The translations under genes and the position numbers were made by a program. The notes beneath the pieces were generated by a model, which made no database searches, was not told the origin of the DNA, and saw only the letters and a program-made list of their open reading frames with translations. 38,135 nucleotides of DNA from positions 1-38,135 of the IMG/VR virus record IMGVR_UViG_3300032373_000846; one strand, given 5' to 3'. This document shows, one piece after another, positions 32,667 to 38,135 of the stretch (position 1 is its first letter; every line of letters begins with the position of its first letter). Source of the DNA: a virus. Taxonomy: Duplodnaviria > Caudoviricetes.

Positions 32667-34132
32667 CCACCCGCCGCCAGCTCGCTCGGCTCATCAATGA
32701 GCGCCGGCGCCGCGTCGCCCGTGCCCCGCTGGCCTACCTGAAGCTCTGGGACAACCCCGAGCCCCTCACCAGTCAGCGCCGGGCTCTGCTGTCCATCGCG
32801 CTGGACGGGCTGGAGGTCCTCGACGTCGGCGGCGGCAACCGCACCGGTAAGAGCCTCCTGCTGGCGGCGTGGCTCACGGCCTGCGCCGGCGGCCTCGATG
32901 CCTGGGTGCCGACACCACAAGGCCGGCTGTACTGGGTGCGCAGGTTCCTCGAGCTGAACGAGCTGCCTGACGCTGTCATCCCCGGCGGCCGACGCGCGCT
33001 GCCCCCGGCGCTGGTGTGGGCGGCATCGGCGACGAATGGCGCCAGCGTCGACCAGATCCGCCCGCACATCCGGGCGCTGTGCCCCGAGGGCACCGTGTTC
33101 AGCGGCTGGTTCAGCGGCACCAACCAGGGGATCGCCGTGCTGCCCAACACCGGCGGCCGGGGCGTACTGAAGACGAAGACCTACAAGGAGTGGCTGGCGG
33201 ACCACCAGACCTGGGAGGGGGCCGCGGTGCGCGCTCTGGGCTGTGACGAGGAGCCGCCGGCGGGCGCGATCCTCTCCGGGCTCTCCCGGCTGGTGGACCT
33301 GGAGGGCCGGCTCATGGTCGCGCTGACGGCGCTGAGCGGCTTCACCTCGGACTACTACACCGACGTCGTGGAGCCCGCGCCGCCCTGGTACAAGCAGGTG
33401 CGCCTCTTCGGCGAGCACAACCCCCACATCAGTCAGGAGAAGCGCCGGGCCATGGTCGCCACCATGCCGGCGTGGCAGCGCGCCGCCCGGGACCGCGGCG
33501 AGCGGGTGAACCCCGAGGGGCGGATCTGGCCCATCAACCCGAACGTGCACCTGGTGGAGCCCTTTGACATCCCCGTGGCGTGGGACCGGTACCAGATCAC
33601 CGACTGGGGCGGGCGGTCGCCGCACCTGCTGTGGGTCGCCGAGGACCCCGCCGGCGATGGCACGCTGTACTGCTACCGGGAGTACGCGCCAAGGCGGAAG
33701 ACGAAGGACCCCGCCGTCACCGACCGCCAGCTCGTCGAGCAGATCATCGAGCACGAGGCCGGCCAGCCCGAGGGGATGAAGCTCACCACCGTCTACCGCG
33801 TCGCCGACAGCGAGAACCCCAGCGGCATCGAGGAGGCCGCCTCGCAAGGGCTGTGGATGGAGGCCGCCGAGAAGGGCGCCGGCAGCGTCGCGAGCGGCAA
33901 CGCCGACGTGGGGGCCATGCTCTCCGAGGTCCACCCGGTGACCGACGATCCCCAGAAGCCGCGGATCTTCTTCTTCCGGGGGTGCGTGCCGGTGACCTTC
34001 AAGGAGGCCACTGGCTACCAGTGGGCACCACAGCGCGCCGGCCAGCCCCCCAAGCCCCTGAAGGCCGACGATCACGGGCCGGATGACCTGCGCTACCTCG
34101 TACGGTTTCGCCAGCGCCTGGGGCGTCGATAG
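32663..34132 (+). CDS. terL: Terminase large subunit
   Basis: Walker A GGNRTGKS, Walker B GCDEEPP, nuclease motifs DWGG..P and DDHGPDDLRY. Confidence 0.92.
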   Translation: MTTRRQLARLINERRRRVARAPLAYLKLWDNPEPLTSQRRALLSIALDGLEVLDVGGGNRTGKSLLLAAWLTACAGGLDAWVPTPQGRLYWVRRFLELNELPDAVIPGGRRALPPALVWAASATNGASVDQIRPHIRALCPEGTVFSGWFSGTNQGIAVLPNTGGRGVLKTKTYKEWLADHQTWEGAAVRALGCDEEPPAGAILSGLSRLVDLEGRLMVALTALSGFTSDYYTDVVEPAPPWYKQVRLFGEHNPHISQEKRRAMVATMPAWQRAARDRGERVNPEGRIWPINPNVHLVEPFDIPVAWDRYQITDWGGRSPHLLWVAEDPAGDGTLYCYREYAPRRKTKDPAVTDRQLVEQIIEHEAGQPEGMKLTTVYRVADSENPSGIEEAASQGLWMEAAEKGAGSVASGNADVGAMLSEVHPVTDDPQKPRIFFFRGCVPVTFKEATGYQWAPQRAGQPPKPLKADDHGPDDLRYLVRFRQRLGRR

Positions 34133-34135
34133 CCC

Positions 34136-34193
34136 GGGGGTGACAACTCGCACCCTCCCGGGGCCGTCCGAGGTCCGGTAGCTCTGGAGCATG
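34136..34193 (+). promoter_or_regulatory. Conserved upstream element, copy 1 (putative late promoter)
   Basis: 26-bp exact repeat GGGGGTGACAACTCGCACCCTCCCGG starting 55 bp before the portal ATG. Confidence 0.65.
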
Positions 34194-35726
34194 GCCCAGC
34201 TCTTGATCCGCCGCTCCTGGACGTTTCGCGCCTCACGCTGGCTGGAGGCGCGCCTCCCGGGCCGCTTCGTCCGCACTCTGGCGCGCGTCGGTGCCCTGCG
34301 GCGCCCTCCACCCCGCCCCGGCGTCACCAGCCGCCTGATCGCCCGCCCCCGCAACGCGGAGGCCAACCTGCGGACCATGGCGCAGTCCGCCACGGTCTTC
34401 GGCGCGTCCACCTGGCGCCTGCTGGGCCTCGCGGGCTACCCGCTGCGCTGCTACCGCGGCAACGGCCAGGGCGGGAAGTCCGAGCCCATCGACCCCGCCC
34501 GGACGCCCTGGGTGGCACAACTCCTGCGGCTGCTGGACCGACCCGACCCCGCGGACTGGAGCCCCACCGCCATCGCGCCGGCGAAGCCCGGGGAGCTCCT
34601 CGTCGCCCAGCTGCTGCTTGACCTCTCCCAGGAGGGCAACGCCTTCTGTGCTTGCACCGTCGACACCGCCGGCGTCGTCATCGGACTGACCCGCCTGCAC
34701 CCGAAGCACATCACCCTCGAGGGCAACGCCAGCGGGGAGGAGGAGTGGGTGTACCGGCCGGGTGGCCGCTACGGCAATGAGCGTGAGCGGCGCTACCCCC
34801 GCCGGACGGTGTTCCACATCCGCCTGCTGTCCTGGCAGGCGTCCGGGCAGGGGGAGATCGGCACCGGCGCCGCGGAGCCCCTCGCCCCGTTGCTTCGAGC
34901 GGAGCATGTCGCGCTCACCAAGAGCGCCGACATCATCGAGCAGGGCGGCGCCGACGTCCGGGTCACCGGCAAGACCGACAAGGCCCGGGCCTTCCTCTCC
35001 AACGCGGACAACCGCGAGGGCATCGCCGACGAGGTGATCCGCGGCTTGGGCGGCGGCGACGACAGCGTCCGCACCCGCCGGGTGATGGTCGACGGCGGGG
35101 AGTTCGAGATCCAGGATGCTGGTCTGAAGCCCGCCGACATCCAGGCCGAGAAGCTGCTGGCCGAGTCCCGGAAGTCCACGCTGGTGGCGATGGGTGTGAC
35201 GCCGATCGCGGTGGGCGCGGCCGACGCTGGCACCTACGCGACGAGCGTGCAGCAGTTCCGAGTGCAGGCGACCACCGACGCGGCGCTGCTGCTGGTGCTG
35301 GAGGCGTGCTTCCTGCGGCCCCTGGCCCGGCACTTCGCGTTCATGGCCGGCGGGCGCTGGGCGCGGCAGTCCGACGAGGTGACCTGCCGGGTGGACCTGA
35401 CGCGCCACCCCGGGCGGAACTTCCAGCGCACCGACGCCATCGCCCGGATGAAGACCCTCACCGAGATGGGCTGGACTGCCGAGCAGGCCGCGGAGTTTGA
35501 AAGCTTGGACCTGCCCGCGCCCGAGGGTAAGCCTCGGCCGAGCGCCGCCACGCCGGCCGCCAGCGGCGCCCCACGGCGCCCGCTGGGCGATGCGGACGGA
35601 GAGTCGGCCGACCCCGACGACGGCGAGGAGAGCGACGCTGACCGCCGTGTGGTGACCATCCAGGAGTTCCTCGATCGCAGGGGGGTGACAACTCGCACCC
35701 TCCCGGAAGCGATCGAGGTCCAGTAG
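34191..35726 (+). CDS. Portal protein (HK97-like)
   Basis: 'LL.RP.P', 'GNAF', 'L..LHP.HI', 'VFHIR', 'GVTP..VG', 'FLRPL' portal patterns; follows terL. Confidence 0.85.
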   Translation: MAQLLIRRSWTFRASRWLEARLPGRFVRTLARVGALRRPPPRPGVTSRLIARPRNAEANLRTMAQSATVFGASTWRLLGLAGYPLRCYRGNGQGGKSEPIDPARTPWVAQLLRLLDRPDPADWSPTAIAPAKPGELLVAQLLLDLSQEGNAFCACTVDTAGVVIGLTRLHPKHITLEGNASGEEEWVYRPGGRYGNERERRYPRRTVFHIRLLSWQASGQGEIGTGAAEPLAPLLRAEHVALTKSADIIEQGGADVRVTGKTDKARAFLSNADNREGIADEVIRGLGGGDDSVRTRRVMVDGGEFEIQDAGLKPADIQAEKLLAESRKSTLVAMGVTPIAVGAADAGTYATSVQQFRVQATTDAALLLVLEACFLRPLARHFAFMAGGRWARQSDEVTCRVDLTRHPGRNFQRTDAIARMKTLTEMGWTAEQAAEFESLDLPAPEGKPRPSAATPAASGAPRRPLGDADGESADPDDGEESDADRRVVTIQEFLDRRGVTTRTLPEAIEVQ

Positions 35727-35738
35727 GTCTGACACATG
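35681..35738 (+). promoter_or_regulatory. Conserved upstream element, copy 2 (putative late promoter)
   Basis: Same 26-mer, again 55 bp before the next ATG (protease); embedded in the portal 3' end. Confidence 0.65.
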
Positions 35739-36662
35739 AGCCTGCGCCGACTCGACACCGCCTACCTCCGCCAAGGGAACCCCCTACCGCTGGTGGGCCT
35801 GGTGCTCGCCGACTACCAGCGCAAGGGCGACCCCGTGCTGCTGGATGCCGAGTCCGGCGGCGAGCTCGCCGACGACGCGGATCCGTTCTTCATCCTCTCC
35901 ACGCCCTTCGAGGCCAGCGACCGCCACATCCTGCGGCAGATCTGGGACGTCTCTCGGGGCATCGAGGCCGGCGGCCCTGGTGTGCCGGTGCTGTTCAACC
36001 ACTCGCCTGGACGCTCCCCCTCGGAAGTCTACGGGCAGTGGCGCGACCTCGGCACCCGCAACAATGTGCGCTTCAACGACGGCTCCAGCGGCGACGCCCT
36101 CCTGGGCCGTCCGAGCTTCGACCTCGAGGACGCCGAGGCGGTCAAGCTGCGCGGCAAGGTCCGCCGCGGCATCATCCCGGCCGTCTCCGTGCGCTGGACT
36201 CCCGGCGAGCGCGTACGCCGCGGCGACCTGGACCCCGAGGACCCGCTCTACCGCGAGCCCCACAACGACGCCTGCGACGAGCCCGCCGAGGGCTACGTCA
36301 TGGGCTCCGAGCGTGACGCCAACCACCTGATCGAGGTGAGCTTCACCCCGATCCCCGCCGACCAGCGCGCCGTCCGCCGGGCTGCCACCATGGCCCGCGC
36401 CACGGCCGACCTGGAGCGCGGCCTGCGTACCGGTCTGCTGGACGAGCAGGGCCTCTCCCGGCTGCTCACCGTGCTGGGCGACGACGCCCGCGTGCTGCGC
36501 TGGGCCCGCGCTCAGGTGGCCACCGCTGCCCCCGACCTCTTCCTGGAGGCCTTCCGGACGCTCCCGCTCGATGAGCGCCGCGCCCTGGTGGGCCTCGATC
36601 CTCTCCCCGCTGCGCCGCCCCCGGCGCGCACCATCGCCGACCTTCTCCGGAGCGCCTCATGA
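35736..36662 (+). CDS. Prohead maturation protease (HK97 gp4-like)
   Basis: 'PVLFNH', 'G...AVSVRW', 'LIEVSFTPIPAD' motifs; between portal and capsid. Confidence 0.82.
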   Translation: MSLRRLDTAYLRQGNPLPLVGLVLADYQRKGDPVLLDAESGGELADDADPFFILSTPFEASDRHILRQIWDVSRGIEAGGPGVPVLFNHSPGRSPSEVYGQWRDLGTRNNVRFNDGSSGDALLGRPSFDLEDAEAVKLRGKVRRGIIPAVSVRWTPGERVRRGDLDPEDPLYREPHNDACDEPAEGYVMGSERDANHLIEVSFTPIPADQRAVRRAATMARATADLERGLRTGLLDEQGLSRLLTVLGDDARVLRWARAQVATAAPDLFLEAFRTLPLDERRALVGLDPLPAAPPPARTIADLLRSAS

Positions 36663-38135
36663 GCCGCACCCTCTTCCCCGCCCTGCTCGCCTCGCTGGCG
36701 ATCGACCCCCACCGCCACAGCGAGGGCGGCGGCTTCACCGACGGTCCCATGGAGGACGGCGAGTTCGAGGACGGCATCGAGGACGACGAGTTCCGCGCCG
36801 GCGACCTGAAGCTCCTCGACGACGACAACGGCAAGTCCGCCGATCAGCTCATCGCGACCGTCAACCGTCACACGCAGATCGTTCAGCGCTTCGAGGGCGA
36901 CATCGCCAAGGTGCAGGACTTCGCCCGGCGCGCGGTGCCCGACACCCAGAAGCTGCTCGCCGAGGCCAAGCGCAACGCCAAGGCCGAGTGGGTCCCCGCC
37001 GGCAGCGTCCGCGAGTTCGAGGCCCTGTACCTCGACAGCGACGACGCGCCGAAGATGGGCCGCCACACCGTGAGCATCCCCCTCCCCGGCGGGCAGACCT
37101 ACCAGCAGAAGCGCCACGGCGTGCTCACCGACCCGCACCCGGTCATCGAGGAGCAGAAGCGCGCCCAGCGTGCCTACGACGGCCTCGTCGTCGCCATCAT
37201 GCGGGCCCGCGCTCGGAAGCTGACCGGCGCCCAGCGCTACAGCGATCCCCTGGTGCAGGTGGCCTGGGTGCAGTTCCGTGGCGCCCTCCGCAGCCTCCCC
37301 GGCACGATCGGCAAGTACTTCCGCGTGAAGCTCGATGACGCCGACTGGCTCCGCAGCGTGATCGACGGCAGCGCCGGCAGCGGCGGCGAGGTCATCCCCG
37401 ACCCCGAGCTGGCCGGCCTGCGTCGCCCCACCGACCTGGCGCGCCGCATCCCCGGGCTCGTGGGCGTGCGTCCCGCGCCCTCGCGCTCCTTCCACCCCAT
37501 CCGGGTGACCGGCCGCATCCTCGGGCAGACCCGCCGGGTCACCGAGGCCGACCCCTCGCGCTTCCCCTCGACCAAGTTCACGACCGCGAAGTCCACGATC
37601 ACCGTGGTCGATCAGGTCTACATGGCGCTGCTCGACAACCTCTTCGCCGGCGACGCGGCGGGGATGCTCGCGGACCCCCTGGGCTTCGTCATGGGCTGGA
37701 TCGATGAAGGCCGCATGGACACCATGGAGCTGGCCTTCCTGCACTCCGACGGCGACGGCGACATCGCGGACGTCCAGGGCACCTGGACCATGGGCGGCTA
37801 CTACGACGCGGGCGACCTCGACGGTGCGACCTCCGCCCTGGGCTGGTGGCAGGGCTGGCGCGCCCGCGCCGCCGCGGACTCCAACACCCTCTCCGCGGGT
37901 GGCTCCTTCGACATGGCGGACCACTTCGGCGCCCTGGAGCTCCTGGGCAACCTCGCCAACGACGCGGTCGCCATCACCGGCCTGCACTGCCTCTACACCC
38001 AGCTGCTCGGCAACAGCATCTTCACCACCTGGGAGAAGATGGGCCCGGCCGCGACGCAGATCACCGGCACCATGGGCATGATCGGCAACACCCGCCTGGT
38101 GATCTCCGAGTTCATGGCCGACGAGTTCGACAGCT
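36659..38135 (+). CDS. Major capsid protein (HK97 fold, long N-terminal scaffold/delta-like region); continues at 290-504
   Basis: ATG 36659 overlaps the protease stop; frame open to the window end (so absent from the ORF track); 'GSGGEVIP' resembles the HK97-type GGxLVP motif. Confidence 0.85.
   Translation, partial: MSRTLFPALLASLAIDPHRHSEGGGFTDGPMEDGEFEDGIEDDEFRAGDLKLLDDDNGKSADQLIATVNRHTQIVQRFEGDIAKVQDFARRAVPDTQKLLAEAKRNAKAEWVPAGSVREFEALYLDSDDAPKMGRHTVSIPLPGGQTYQQKRHGVLTDPHPVIEEQKRAQRAYDGLVVAIMRARARKLTGAQRYSDPLVQVAWVQFRGALRSLPGTIGKYFRVKLDDADWLRSVIDGSAGSGGEVIPDPELAGLRRPTDLARRIPGLVGVRPAPSRSFHPIRVTGRILGQTRRVTEADPSRFPSTKFTTAKSTITVVDQVYMALLDNLFAGDAAGMLADPLGFVMGWIDEGRMDTMELAFLHSDGDGDIADVQGTWTMGGYYDAGDLDGATSALGWWQGWRARAAADSNTLSAGGSFDMADHFGALELLGNLANDAVAITGLHCLYTQLLGNSIFTTWEKMGPAATQITGTMGMIGNTRLVISEFMADEFDS
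37847..38135. repeat. Terminal direct repeat, copy 2
   Basis: Matches 1-289 with 4 substitutions. Confidence 0.97.

Overview
The window is an apparently complete, circularly permuted genome of a GC-rich temperate tailed phage (siphovirus-like), about 37,846 bp. Bases 1-289 repeat at 37847-38135 inside the major capsid gene. Gene order: head-completion and tail genes (576-11509); lysis cassette with a PG-binding/M23 endolysin, small membrane proteins and a receiver-domain protein (11506-13540); an oppositely oriented, lower-GC PIN-domain two-gene moron; an intact attP-like region with tyrosine integrase and xis; a leftward early operon (ASCH, DCDD-repeat protein, sigma-70 fusion, SSAP, Gly-Tyr/Gly-Asp repeat protein, small membrane proteins); a cI/cro-like switch with repeated operators; a rightward early/replication operon (GIY-YIG, RusA, metallopeptidase, initiator with iterons, loader-like protein); then terminase, portal, protease and HK97-type capsid. 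The most unusual observations are: (1) a CheY-like receiver protein closing the lysis operon with no kinase in the genome; (2) a protease-less repressor whose C-terminal helical module recurs in three other proteins, suggesting a SinR/SinI-like decoy switch; (3) a +1 frameshift at TCC-TTT-CGA in the tail assembly chaperone; (4) a duplicated ~58-bp late-promoter-like element; (5) a PIN/partner moron. All product calls come from motif recognition by eye and synteny; no database searches were run. A Myxococcota-like host is only an inference.
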